Source: an uncultured Bacteroidales bacterium
GTDB lineage: Bacteria; Bacteroidota; Bacteroidia; Bacteroidales; Tenuifilaceae
NCBI GenBank assembly: GCA_937915475.1
Contig: CALGIR010000004.1
Span: 1-43,803 of the forward strand
DNA length: 43,803 nucleotides
Direction: 5' to 3'
Under the pieces are notes generated by a model that saw nothing but the letters and a program-made list of their open reading frames with translations, had not been told where the DNA came from and made no database searches. A program made the position numbers and the translations under genes. Position 1 is the stretch's first letter. Each line of letters starts with the position of its first letter. Shown here one piece after another: positions 1-9,502 of the stretch.

Positions 1-841
1 TAATAGCCATAAAATCAGAATACCCTGGTGCTTTAGATGCCCAGCGTGCACGCTGCTGTAAAAAACTGGAAATTGAATTTGTAGGTTTAGTATAAACAAG
101 CGAATTGCTAGAGAAAAGGCATCCTATGCTTATATTCGTCTTACGCTTTGCATTGTGCAGCAAAAACACATCATCGCCTGAGACAACGTTAGGATTAAGC
201 ATCTTAACATTAAACCCTAATCGACTCTTGCTAAACGAAAGGTTTGCAGAACTTGCCATAAAGGGCACTCGCAAAGCACAGGCACCAAGGCTGCATGCAG
301 TAAGACTGGCATGCTCAAGCGCCTGCATCTTCTCGATAAAACGAATTGAGGGTGCCAGCATAACTGGACCAATGAGCAAATCAAAATTACTGTACTGAAA
401 TTGAGTTGATATGGACTGCAACCAACCTTTTGAATGAACACAATCCGCATCGGTTAACGTTACCATATCGTACTTTGCGCTATTTACGCCGTATGCAACC
501 GCATGCTTTTTACCTTCTTCACCAACAGATAGATTGAGCAAAACCACATTGCATGCCCGCTTTACCCAATCGTTGGCAATGTTCCAGGTTTTATCTGTGG
601 AATGGTCGTTTACCAAAACAATCTCATACTTATCGGTAGGATAATCCTGGCAAGTAAGCGATTTTAGGAGATTATCGATATTATCCTGCTCATTGCGCAT
701 TGCAACAATTATGGAAATTGATAAAAAATTGTTTCCCGATTCAAGAGGCGTTTTAATTCTTGTAATGCCAACAGCAAAAGCGACAACCATAACAAAGTAA
801 AGGCAGCAAAGCAAAACGCCGACTATAATAAAAAGGAGCAT
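1..841 (-). CDS. Glycosyltransferase family 2 (5' part; runs off the left edge; not in the ORF track)
   Basis: Manual translation from ATG at 841: N-terminal TM (MLLFIIVGVLLCCLYFVMVVAF), then ISIIVAMRNE, VNDHSTD, TDADC (DxD), SGDD and QQRARW (QxxRW), the GT2 motif set. Confidence 0.9.
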   Translation of the reverse strand, partial: MLLFIIVGVLLCCLYFVMVVAFAVGITRIKTPLESGNNFLSISIIVAMRNEQDNIDNLLKSLTCQDYPTDKYEIVLVNDHSTDKTWNIANDWVKRACNVVLLNLSVGEEGKKHAVAYGVNSAKYDMVTLTDADCVHSKGWLQSISTQFQYSNFDLLIGPVMLAPSIRFIEKMQALEHASLTACSLGACALRVPFMASSANLSFSKSRLGFNVKMLNPNVVSGDDVFLLHNAKRKTNISIGCLFSSNSLVYTKPTNSISSFLQQRARWASKAPGYSDFMAI

Positions 842-962
842 ATGTTAGTAATTTGATAAATATTTACCGATTAGCTCTGCACCCAATTTTATCCCGTTAA
901 ATGAACTGTCAACTAATTTAGGACCTATAATCTAAATTTTTGCCCATTCTCATTTTTATGCC

Positions 963-970
963 CAAAGATA
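963..970 (-). promoter_or_regulatory. Bacteroidetes -7 promoter element (TATCTTTG) for the GT2 gene
   Basis: Matches TAnnTTTG on the minus strand about 120 nt upstream of the GT2 start. Confidence 0.55.
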
Positions 971-1011
971 GTGAAAAGATAGGCTTTGGGGGAACTAAGT
1001 TCTTAGCCACC

Positions 1012-1854
1012 TCAATATTCATCTGGCACAAAAGTTTGGTTGCTAATTGGTGGCCTAATATATGAAAAGTCGTCCTTCCGCTCAGGTATCTCAATTGGTT
1101 TTGGAGTTAAATCCTGATAGGGTATCAGATTTAAAAGATGGTGAATACAATTTAACCGTGCCCGTTTCTTATCGTCGGCGTGCACAACGTACCAAGGTGC
1201 TTGCTTTACATCGGTGTGGGCAAACATCGTATCCTTAGCCATTGAGTAGTGCACCCACTTGCTACGCGACTCAATATCCATGGGACTTAATTTCCAACGC
1301 TTAACTGGGTCCTCGTTACGGGCAAGGAAGCGCTTCTCCTGCTCAGCATCGCTAACAGAGAACCAATACTTAATCAGGATGATATCCGACCGCTCAAGCA
1401 TCCTCTCAAATTCTGGACATGAACGTAAAAACTCAACATACTCGTCCTCAGTGCAAAAACCCATCACATGCTCAACACCTGCCCTATTGTACCAACTTCT
1501 ATCGAACAGTACAATCTCTCCTTCTGCGGGTAAATGCGCCACATAGCGTTGGAAATACCATTGCGATTTTTCCCTTTCGGTGGGTACGCCAAGCGCAACC
1601 ACTTTGCAAAAACGTGGATTAAGCACTTCGGTAATCGTATTTATCACTCCTCCCTTACCTGCAGCATCGCGACCTTCAAAAATCACAACCACCTTCAATT
1701 TTTTCTGCTTTACCCACTCCTGAAGTTTTATCAACTCAATCTGCAGCTTATATAGTTCTTTTTCGTAAACTTTTCTTTTAATCTTTTTGGTATCCTCTAT
1801 CTCTTCGTAGTTCACCCCTAGGTGCTTTTTACTGTCTTTTGAGTTTTTGTCCAT
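1012..1854 (-). CDS. ppk2: Polyphosphate kinase 2
   Basis: EGRDAAGKGG Walker A, FDRSWYNR, WKLSPMD, DKKRARLNCI motifs. Start placed at ATG 1854 (ORF track extends to 1899). Confidence 0.95.
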   Translation of the reverse strand: MDKNSKDSKKHLGVNYEEIEDTKKIKRKVYEKELYKLQIELIKLQEWVKQKKLKVVVIFEGRDAAGKGGVINTITEVLNPRFCKVVALGVPTEREKSQWYFQRYVAHLPAEGEIVLFDRSWYNRAGVEHVMGFCTEDEYVEFLRSCPEFERMLERSDIILIKYWFSVSDAEQEKRFLARNEDPVKRWKLSPMDIESRSKWVHYSMAKDTMFAHTDVKQAPWYVVHADDKKRARLNCIHHLLNLIPYQDLTPKPIEIPERKDDFSYIRPPISNQTFVPDEY

Positions 1855-2125
1855 AGCTTTTAAGATTTTGAATGAATAAAGAAAGTTACGGAAAAACATT
1901 GGTCGAATACACTATCAATATAAAAAAAGGGAAATAACACGCCTGAATCAACAAATAAATGGAGCTATCTATTAAGCAAATTGACCATTTACACTAATCT
2001 AACAAACTCATTGCTACAGCCATAATGGCCAACGTCCTTATACACCATGGATTAGCAATAAAAAACCCAAAACAATCATCCATCCCAATGCTGTTAATTT
2101 TTTCTGGGTTTTGTAGTATTAAACT

Positions 2126-2133
2126 TAACTTTG
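2126..2133 (+). promoter_or_regulatory. Bacteroidetes -7 element (TAACTTTG) upstream of the ECF sigma gene
   Basis: TAnnTTTG match about 80 nt upstream of the TTG start; no well-spaced -33 element. Confidence 0.45.
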
Positions 2134-2215
2134 TTTCGTTTATTAGGCAGATACAGTTTTATATGCTTCTTCATATAATTAATCTTAATTGTTCTAACGC
2201 AATTCCTTTACTAAA

Positions 2216-2782
2216 TTGAATTTTAGGCGAAAAACCAAAGACCTTTCCGACAGCCAACTACTTAAACTCTATAAAACTAAAGGCGACAAGCGGATAATAG
2301 GTATACTTTATAAAAGATACACTGGGTTTACCTTTGCTGTTTGCCTAAGGTATTTTAAGAGTAGGGTTGATAGCGAGGATGCTGTCATGCAAATCTTCGA
2401 GAAGTTAATCGATGACCTAAAGAAGCATACAGTATCAAACTTTAAATCGTGGCTATATACAGTTGCCAAAAACCATTGCCTTATCACAATACGCAATCGA
2501 AAGAATAGCGTAACCTCAGAATATATCGACAACGCTTTTGTGGAAATCAACAGTAATGTGCATCCTGATGATGAAGATTTACTAGAGCAAAGATTGGATA
2601 AACTAGAGAGAAAATTGAGCAAACTATCGGAAGAGCAGCAGGTTTGCGTTAAGCTGTTCTATATTAAACGGCAGAGTTATGCAGAAATATGCACCATAAC
2701 CGGTTATACACAGAACCAGGTAAAGAGCCACATCCAAAATGGGAAACGAAAGCTGAAGATAATGCTTACGAGAGATGAGTAA
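2216..2782 (+). CDS. ECF-type RNA polymerase sigma-70 factor
   Basis: 188 aa; region 2 (DSEDAVMQIFEKL...FKSWLYTVAKNHCL) and region 4 (LSEEQQVCVKLFY..SYAEIC..TG...VKSHIQNGKRKLK). Confidence 0.92.
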   Translation: MNFRRKTKDLSDSQLLKLYKTKGDKRIIGILYKRYTGFTFAVCLRYFKSRVDSEDAVMQIFEKLIDDLKKHTVSNFKSWLYTVAKNHCLITIRNRKNSVTSEYIDNAFVEINSNVHPDDEDLLEQRLDKLERKLSKLSEEQQVCVKLFYIKRQSYAEICTITGYTQNQVKSHIQNGKRKLKIMLTRDE

Positions 2783-3782
2783 AAGAGAAGAGCAACAAAC
2801 TAACAAAAATTGCATTCCGCGCAATACCCTAATTAGCTATACAGAGGGTAAACTCAGCGATGGGGAGATGAATGCCATTGAGCATCATTTATCGGGCTGT
2901 CCCATGTGTACCGATGAACTGGAAGGACTGAAAACTTTAGAAAACCCTCGAGATATTGATATAATTGAGCAAAAGCTCAACATGGCCATCGATTGTAAAT
3001 CGAATATCTCAAAATCTATTCTGCACCTAAGCCCACTTAAAATTGCTGCATCAATAGCGTTGCTCATTAGCATTGCTTCAATTATCTACTATACTTCAAC
3101 GCTAAATACCCCATCGAATCAAGTGGCAATAAGCATGGCTGATGAGAAAACAAAACCCTCCGATGCAATTGATTCCCTTGAGGAACCTACTATTCTTGAA
3201 GAAACACAACATACCACAACCCACATTACCTCAGAAGAATTATCAATGCAAAAAAAGGGAAGCACAAAGCCCTCTAAATCGGACTCTTCTAGTAAAGAAA
3301 CTATACAGCCTGTTCCGCCTCCCCCTGTATCTACCCAAACTCTTTACATCATTAATGATGATGTTGATTTGGATGACAATATTGAACTATTTGATACTGA
3401 GTTTGACGAGCATATAACCATAAATATTATCGAATTTAATCACGAAGAAGAAGAAGAAGAAGAGGAGATTTTTGCCATTGTTGAAGAAATGCCCAATTTT
3501 AAAGATGCCAACAATAATAAGTTCCGTGAGTACATTACAAATAATCTTAAGTACCCTGATATTGCTGCTGAAAACGGTATCCAAGGAAAAGTTTTTGTTG
3601 CATTCGTAGTTGAACCTGATGGTAGCGTTTCAAATGTGCGCGTGGTACGAGGAATTGACCCCTCTCTCGATAAGGAAGCCTTAAGGGTTATTAAATCAAG
3701 TCCTAAATGGATACCAGGTATGCAGCGCGGCAAACCGGTTAGGGTATCTTTTACCTTTCCGGTACACTTTTCACTTAAGTGA
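2775..3782 (+). CDS. Zinc-finger (ZAS/zf-HC2) anti-sigma domain - TM - TonB C-terminal domain fusion protein
   Basis: HLSGCPMC (HxxxCxxC) near the N-terminus, one TM (IAASIALLISIASIIYY), Pro/acidic linker, TonB_C (YPDIAAENGIQGKVFVAFVVEPDGSVSNV...LDKEALRVI...WIPG.QRGKPVRV). Overlaps the sigma stop by 8 nt. Confidence 0.88.
   Translation: MSKREEQQTNKNCIPRNTLISYTEGKLSDGEMNAIEHHLSGCPMCTDELEGLKTLENPRDIDIIEQKLNMAIDCKSNISKSILHLSPLKIAASIALLISIASIIYYTSTLNTPSNQVAISMADEKTKPSDAIDSLEEPTILEETQHTTTHITSEELSMQKKGSTKPSKSDSSSKETIQPVPPPPVSTQTLYIINDDVDLDDNIELFDTEFDEHITINIIEFNHEEEEEEEEIFAIVEEMPNFKDANNNKFREYITNNLKYPDIAAENGIQGKVFVAFVVEPDGSVSNVRVVRGIDPSLDKEALRVIKSSPKWIPGMQRGKPVRVSFTFPVHFSLK
3444..3467 (+). repeat. 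(GAA)6(GAG)2 trinucleotide tract encoding poly-Glu in the TonB linker
   Basis: Read directly from the sequence; in frame. Confidence 0.8.
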
Positions 3783-3793
3783 TATGAGCAAAC

Positions 3794-3829
3794 AAAAATA
3801 GCTGTAACAATTTGCTACAGCTATCCTTT
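3794..3829. terminator. Probable bidirectional intrinsic terminator
   Basis: ATAGCTGTA/TACAGCTAT 9-bp stem (3798-3806/3816-3824), A-run on the left, between convergent genes. Confidence 0.7.
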
Positions 3830-3848
3830 ATTACAAATAGAATAAAAC

Positions 3849-4400
3849 CTACTCCACTGGTGGCTCAAAGCCATAAACAACACCCTCAACAAAATGGGTA
3901 GGAATTTCACCATATCCACCTCTCGACTCGCGTTTTGTAACCAGAACTACTATTCCGCCCATATTGACTGCACGCTTTTTTAAGCGGATATCGGCACTCC
4001 TTCTTGCTGCCCTTGCATTTCGGGCTTGAGGCGACGATTGAGCACTCGCGTCACCTTGGGCAAACAACCCCTCAACATCATCTCTATTGTCAGTAACAAT
4101 AACAGTTTGCCAGTTATCATCATCAACCATTACAGCTGCAAGACTATTAAAAACTTCAACGCGCCCAGCTTTATAAAGAATTCTATGCACCTGTTTCCTG
4201 TTCATCTCTTTAACCGTGTTTCCATCGTAGGGTATATATATCACCTTGCTTGTAGTAACACTTTGAACATGTGCAACCACCTTTCTCCCACTTATTAGAA
4301 TTATCGTATCGGAAAGTTCAACGGTCGCATTTTCATTTTCCTGCGCCGCAGAGGCAAAAATCATTGACAAAAGCATAATTGTTACTAACATTCTTCTCAT
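3849..4400 (-). CDS. Exported hypothetical protein
   Basis: Signal peptide (MRRMLVTIMLLSMIFASAAQ), DTIILISGRKVVAHV small beta domain of a type common in Bacteroidetes, C-terminal part resembling a YbjQ-like fold. Start at ATG 4400. Confidence 0.75.
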   Translation of the reverse strand: MRRMLVTIMLLSMIFASAAQENENATVELSDTIILISGRKVVAHVQSVTTSKVIYIPYDGNTVKEMNRKQVHRILYKAGRVEVFNSLAAVMVDDDNWQTVIVTDNRDDVEGLFAQGDASAQSSPQARNARAARRSADIRLKKRAVNMGGIVVLVTKRESRGGYGEIPTHFVEGVVYGFEPPVE

Positions 4401-4464
4401 AGAACTCAATTTTTATCTCAGCTAGTTAGGTTAAACTAGAATTATAATTCGGTTAATGTAAGAG

Positions 4465-4472
4465 CAAAGGTA
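4465..4472 (-). promoter_or_regulatory. Bacteroidetes -7 element (TACCTTTG)
   Basis: TAnnTTTG about 65 nt upstream of ATG 4400. Confidence 0.55.
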
Positions 4473-4541
4473 ATGCCAAAAAAAAACTAAAGAAATTTAA
4501 CACTGTTAAAAATCTCAGAAAAATGGGTTCATGCAAAGTCC

Positions 4542-4877
4542 CTAATTTCCCTTTGTAAAAAAATAAAATCCCAAAACACCAGATACTAGGTAAAGCATGG
4601 TTCGGTGGCTAACTACTCCGGAAAAATTAGTTGCAAATAAATACGTAAACAAAATGGTTATAACCAAACCCGACACTACGGTTAAGTTCTGTTTTGAAAG
4701 CAAACCACCAAACAATAACAAAATAGCAAACAGACAGCTTACGGCTGCTATGTAAAATTGTAGGCTATTAAAGTTCATTGGATAGAGATCTTTTAAAAAT
4801 AGAAGTACAATGAATAAAACAAGGGAAATGCGTAAAAGCCAATGCGCAAGGGGTAGACCAGCTTTGAATGGTTTCAT
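4542..4877 (-). CDS. Small 4-TM membrane protein (possibly DoxX-like)
   Basis: Four hydrophobic segments and a WLLRISL N-terminal motif. Start at ATG 4877 (MKPFKAG). Confidence 0.7.
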   Translation of the reverse strand: MKPFKAGLPLAHWLLRISLVLFIVLLFLKDLYPMNFNSLQFYIAAVSCLFAILLLFGGLLSKQNLTVVSGLVITILFTYLFATNFSGVVSHRTMLYLVSGVLGFYFFTKGN

Positions 4878-5069
4878 AAGTCGATTATTTAGGTTTTTAT
4901 AAAGTACACCTGCTAGCTGGCAGGCAGAGATAGAACATCCAGACAATAGTTAATCTCTTATGTGTTCACATTTTGTTATCGTGAATGTTGTTTACAAAGT
5001 GTATTAGTAATTTCTAAAAGGTAAAACTAAACATTTGTTTCGAAAAAAGGGTTGGTTTTTGTTACACAA

Positions 5070-5100
5070 TTTGCCCAAACCAATCAATAGACTATTTTTG
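5070..5100 (+). promoter_or_regulatory. Bacteroidetes sigma-A promoter (-33 TTTG, -7 TATTTTTG)
   Basis: TTTG 5070-5073, 19-nt spacer, TATTTTTG 5093-5100; 31 nt before the acyltransferase ATG. Confidence 0.75.
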
Positions 5101-5131
5101 TAGGCTAAATGAGCTTGTAATATAGCAAAGG

Positions 5132-5911
5132 ATGAGCCAGTTTGTTACTAAATACATTGTAATGCCCATTGTTTGGCTACTTGTGGCTATAATATCCATT
5201 GTATTTTTTATTGTTGATGCTATCATTTGGCTTCTTACATTTTGGTGGGACAAAAGATTATGGATACTCCACCGATACTCCTGTTTTTGGGCAATGTTCT
5301 ACATCTGGATGAATCCCTTCTGGAAAATTAAGTTAGAAGGAAAAGAAAACATTAAGAAAAGGCAAACCTACATTATCATCTCAAATCATCAAAGCGCATT
5401 TGATATTGCTCTGCTCTACAGACTCTGGATGCATTTTAAGTGGGTTGCCAAAAGAGAATTATTTAGAGTTCCTATAATCGGCTGGAATCTGTGGCTAAAC
5501 AAGCACATCCTAATTGACCGCACAAGCGTTAGTGGTGCTCGAAAAATGATTGTTGAAGCGCAAAAAAACCTTACCTTAGGCAATTCAGTATTAATATTCC
5601 CTGAGGGGACTAGAAGTGCCGATGGAACCATAAAACGATTTAAGGATGGAGCCTTTGTACTTGCAAAAAAAATGAATATTCCCATTCTTCCCGTTATTAT
5701 TGAGGGCAGCAAAAACGTTTTTCTAAAGAAAGGGTATGTTTTAAAAGGCTCACAAACATTTAACATGAGAATACTTAAGCCTATAGAGCCAACTGAATAT
5801 GCGGATAAAAATGTTAGCGAACTAACTAAAGAGATTAACAAAATGTATATTGAACTACATAGTAAAATGGCACCTCAACATTATACATCTTCATCAAAGT
5901 TAGAAACATAA
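5132..5911 (+). CDS. plsC: 1-acyl-sn-glycerol-3-phosphate acyltransferase family protein
   Basis: NHQSAFD (HX4D), FPEGTRS, AKREL and PILPV acyltransferase blocks. Confidence 0.88.
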   Translation: MSQFVTKYIVMPIVWLLVAIISIVFFIVDAIIWLLTFWWDKRLWILHRYSCFWAMFYIWMNPFWKIKLEGKENIKKRQTYIIISNHQSAFDIALLYRLWMHFKWVAKRELFRVPIIGWNLWLNKHILIDRTSVSGARKMIVEAQKNLTLGNSVLIFPEGTRSADGTIKRFKDGAFVLAKKMNIPILPVIIEGSKNVFLKKGYVLKGSQTFNMRILKPIEPTEYADKNVSELTKEINKMYIELHSKMAPQHYTSSSKLET

Positions 5912-5982
5912 GGAGCAATTAGCATAAACCAACACCTAAACCTGTTGAATACCACAAAATATAACCATTAGAACAAATAGAG

Positions 5983-6501
5983 ATGAATCCAAAAGTTAGC
6001 ATTATTATGGGCAGTGCATCAGACATGCCAATTATGGAGGATGCGTGCAGGATTTTAAACGATTTTAAAATTCCTTTCGAGGTTAATGCGCTTTCTGCTC
6101 ATCGTACCCCCGATGCTGTTGCCGAATTTGCCCGCAACGCACATAGTAAAGGTATTAAGGTAATTATTGCGGGTGCTGGTGGCGCTGCTCACCTACCTGG
6201 TGTAATAGCAGCCTTCACTGCCTTACCCGTAATTGGTGTTCCCATCAAAGCATCTATCTCAATTGATGGATGGGATTCAATTCTTTCAATCCTTCAAATG
6301 CCTGGAGGAATACCCGTTGCCACTGTTGCGCTTAATGGGGCTAGGAATGCTGGAATACTAGCTGCCCAGATTATTGGTACTGGAGAACCTGAAATTTTCA
6401 AAAGGGTAAGTAGCTTTAAAACAGAACTTGCTAGTAAAGTAGTATCAGCAAACGCAGAACTTGCCAAAGTTAAATTTGAATACAGAACCAATGGAAAATG
6501 A
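5983..6501 (+). CDS. purE: N5-carboxyaminoimidazole ribonucleotide mutase
   Basis: IIMGSASD, SAHRTP, AGGAAHLPG, QMPGGIPVATV motifs. Confidence 0.97.
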   Translation: MNPKVSIIMGSASDMPIMEDACRILNDFKIPFEVNALSAHRTPDAVAEFARNAHSKGIKVIIAGAGGAAHLPGVIAAFTALPVIGVPIKASISIDGWDSILSILQMPGGIPVATVALNGARNAGILAAQIIGTGEPEIFKRVSSFKTELASKVVSANAELAKVKFEYRTNGK

Positions 6502-7382
6502 TAAAATTCAAGATTAAGGAATTATCAATTATTGCTCGAGGTATTGTTGCACTAACCCTTATTATGGGTTTTGGGTCAATCCTCACATCAGCATGGGCAG
6601 GGCTGCCCGAAGAGCAACCTGGCAGTAGAGCTGCTGCGCTAAGCTATAGTGTTACAAGCCTAACCGATGGATGGTCGCTGTTCCACAATCAAGGAGGTTT
6701 AGGCTATCAAGAGCATGCTTGGATAGGCGTTCACCATGAAAATAGATTTATTACCCCCGAACTTAACTTTAGCGCATTGGGCGGAATAATACCTGTTAGA
6801 ACAGGCTCGTTGGGAATAAGTATTAAAAGGCTTGGTTTTAGCCAGTTTAACCAAACAAAATTTGGACTTGCCTACGGCATGAAGTTGGCACCTACCCTAA
6901 GTGCAGGAATACAGCTAAACGCTCACCATATATATTTTGCTGGAGAGTATGGCAGCACAACAGCCTTTTCAGCCGAAGGAGGAATCATATACGCCCCCGC
7001 CAATAACTTCAGTGTTGGGTTACATGTTATCAACCCCACCCGAACAAGGTTGCATGATGAAGAGCGAATACCAACATTGCTTAATCTTGGATTATCCTAT
7101 CAACTCAGCGAAATGCTAATGGTTGTAGCAGGTGTAGAAAAGAACCTCGATGCAGACTTCTCTTTTAAAGCGGGAATTGAGTTCGTACCAATTAATAATT
7201 TCTACCTCCGTGCTGGCATGGCATCCAACCCTTCGCTACTTAGCTTTGGTTTAGGATATAAAATTAGCACAATTGAAATTGATTTGGCATTTACCCGACA
7301 TGAATTCTTAGGCTACACACCCCACTTTAGTATTGCGTATACCTTTGTGAGCAAAAACAAAGTAGCCACCAAAGCCCCATAA
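6498..7382 (+). CDS. FadL/PorV-like outer-membrane beta-barrel protein
   Basis: N-terminal GSRAAALS...SLFHNQGGLG resembles the GARaxgMG...NPAGL plug motif of FadL/PorV-type barrels; alternating amphipathic strands (FYLRAG, LSFGLGY, IDLAF, FSIAYTF). Confidence 0.7.
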   Translation: MIKFKIKELSIIARGIVALTLIMGFGSILTSAWAGLPEEQPGSRAAALSYSVTSLTDGWSLFHNQGGLGYQEHAWIGVHHENRFITPELNFSALGGIIPVRTGSLGISIKRLGFSQFNQTKFGLAYGMKLAPTLSAGIQLNAHHIYFAGEYGSTTAFSAEGGIIYAPANNFSVGLHVINPTRTRLHDEERIPTLLNLGLSYQLSEMLMVVAGVEKNLDADFSFKAGIEFVPINNFYLRAGMASNPSLLSFGLGYKISTIEIDLAFTRHEFLGYTPHFSIAYTFVSKNKVATKAP

Positions 7383-7386
7383 AACT

Positions 7387-9453
7387 ATGCACCTAAAAAA
7401 ACTAGTAATATGTTTTACCATTGGGCTCTGGGGCTTCTCCTTGCATGCGCAAATATCAGCCATCGATCCGCAGAGCATTATTGCTGATATTGTGGAAGAA
7501 ATTGTTGCTAACTCCGAGGATGATGTCGATCTGGATGCTTTAATGGATGACCTAGTTTTTTTTGCAGAAAATCCAATCAATATCAACTCAACAACTCGGG
7601 AGGAACTTGGCCGACTAATATTCCTTTCCGATTTCCAGATAATCGCTCTAATTGACTATGTAAAAGATTATGGGCCATTCGTTACGATTTATGAGTTGCA
7701 AATGGTAATTGGTTTTGACCACAACGACATTAATCGATTAATTCCTTTTGTTAAAGCAGAAACAGAAACAGAGCAAGATAAACGGATTCCGCTTTTTAAA
7801 TGGGGAAAGCACGACCTGTTCATTAGAGCACGCTCTTTAGCTGAAAATCAGGTTGGCTATACACCACCACCAATTAGTAACCCCGATGCCTCGAGGTACA
7901 AAGGAAATAAGTTAGGACTTTACACTCGCTACTCGTACAGAACTAGGGGCGGATTGCAAATGGGGTTTGTTGGCGAAAAGGATCCTGGTGAGGAGTTCTT
8001 CAAAGGGTCAAATCCCTATGGCTTTGATCACAACTCTTTTCACCTCCAAATTGACGATGTTGGAAAAGTTAAGCGACTGGTGGTTGGCGATTTTAATGCC
8101 ACGTTTGGGCAGGGACTAACCATGTGGACAAGCACCTCGTTTGGTAAATCGCCCGATCCTATGGGGGTAAGAAAAAGAGCTAATGGACTTACAAGGTTTA
8201 GCTCTACCAATGAAAATGAGTTTTTAAGAGGAGCTGGAGCAACCATAAAAGTTGGTCGCTTTGATGTAAGCGTTTTTGGCTCATACAAATACATTGATGC
8301 AAACCTCACCGATTCACTGATTGATGGAGTTTCGATGTTTACCACAAGGCCAACAAGCGGATTACATCGTACACCATCTGAGATTAGCAATAAAAAAACT
8401 TTAGCAGAGTTTGTTACAGGCGGTAATATAAGCATTGCACTAAAAAAACTAAACCTAGGTGCAACCGCATCAATCGTGAATCTCGATGGGGTTTACGATC
8501 CACCAAATCAACCATATCGCTACTTTGAACCGCAACTTAATAACAGAGTTAATGTTGGTATCGACTTTAACTATGGATTAGGGAACCACCTGTTCTTTGG
8601 CGAAGCGGCAACAACAGTAAATAATGGAAGCGGAGTTGTAGCAGGTGGATTGTTTAGGTTACACCATCAGCTAACGCTCTCGATTCTTGGCAGGCATTAC
8701 CAAAAAGATTACAGTACCTACTACACAAATGCCCTTGCCGATGGATCGGGACCGGCAAATGAGTCTGGCGTTCTGACCGGCTTCAATTTTTTACTGTATA
8801 GGCACTGGCAACTATCGGGATACGTCGATGTGTTCCAATCATCATGGCTAAGGTACGGCATCAATGCCCCATCGAGGGGGCACGATTATCTCCTAGAGGC
8901 ATCATACAGCCCACGATCGAGAATAAACGTAAAGTTAAGGTATAGATTCAAGCAAAAAGATAAAAACCAAACAGTTGACGAAGAACCAAACAGATGGGTA
9001 ATACCATACAATCAGCAAGCATTACGATTCCATTTAGCGTATAACCCAACCCGAACAATTCACCTAAAAACTCGCTTAGAATTTTCGTGGTACAATGAGG
9101 AAAACCTTCCCCAAGAAAGTGGTATAATGCTATACCAGGATATATCGTACAGACCAAATAAAATCCCATTAGTAATTACTGGGAGGTTTGCCGTTTTTGA
9201 AACCGATTCGTGGAATACCAGAATTTACGCCTATGAAAACGACGTTCTATACTACTTCTCCATTCCCGCATACTATTCGAGGGGAACAAGAGCGTACCTA
9301 TTGGCCAAGTACTCCATTAAGCGTAACATCGATATTTGGCTTAGAGTTGCACAAACCTACTTTGCAGATCAAAAAGAGTTAGGTTCGAGTCTCGATAAAA
9401 TTGAAGGGTCAACCCGTTCAGATGTCAGAATTCAGGTACGCTACAAATTTTAG
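7387..9453 (+). CDS. Exported ComEA-like helix-hairpin-helix domain protein with C-terminal beta-barrel
   Basis: Signal peptide; PININSTTREELGRLIFLS...YGPFVTIYELQMVIGFD (HHH_3-like); long Tyr/Gly-rich amphipathic beta region ending DVRIQVRYKF (OMP beta-signal). Confidence 0.82.
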   Translation: MHLKKLVICFTIGLWGFSLHAQISAIDPQSIIADIVEEIVANSEDDVDLDALMDDLVFFAENPININSTTREELGRLIFLSDFQIIALIDYVKDYGPFVTIYELQMVIGFDHNDINRLIPFVKAETETEQDKRIPLFKWGKHDLFIRARSLAENQVGYTPPPISNPDASRYKGNKLGLYTRYSYRTRGGLQMGFVGEKDPGEEFFKGSNPYGFDHNSFHLQIDDVGKVKRLVVGDFNATFGQGLTMWTSTSFGKSPDPMGVRKRANGLTRFSSTNENEFLRGAGATIKVGRFDVSVFGSYKYIDANLTDSLIDGVSMFTTRPTSGLHRTPSEISNKKTLAEFVTGGNISIALKKLNLGATASIVNLDGVYDPPNQPYRYFEPQLNNRVNVGIDFNYGLGNHLFFGEAATTVNNGSGVVAGGLFRLHHQLTLSILGRHYQKDYSTYYTNALADGSGPANESGVLTGFNFLLYRHWQLSGYVDVFQSSWLRYGINAPSRGHDYLLEASYSPRSRINVKLRYRFKQKDKNQTVDEEPNRWVIPYNQQALRFHLAYNPTRTIHLKTRLEFSWYNEENLPQESGIMLYQDISYRPNKIPLVITGRFAVFETDSWNTRIYAYENDVLYYFSIPAYYSRGTRAYLLAKYSIKRNIDIWLRVAQTYFADQKELGSSLDKIEGSTRSDVRIQVRYKF

Positions 9454-9493
9454 CGAACCTCAAAACTTAATGAGATAAGTATACATACATCTA

Positions 9494-9502
9494 CCCCCCC
9501 CC
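9494..9502. repeat. C9 homopolymer upstream of rsmA
   Basis: Read directly from the sequence. Confidence 0.8.

Noticed and set aside
105-450. ORF-track ORFs 105..398 (+) and 217..450 (-)
   Set aside because: They are shadow frames of the GT2 gene (1..841, minus), which carries the recognisable motifs.
4905-4935. CCTGCTAGCTGGCAGG hairpin in the leader of the 4-TM gene
   Set aside because: A short isolated stem with no match to a riboswitch I recognise; insufficient support.
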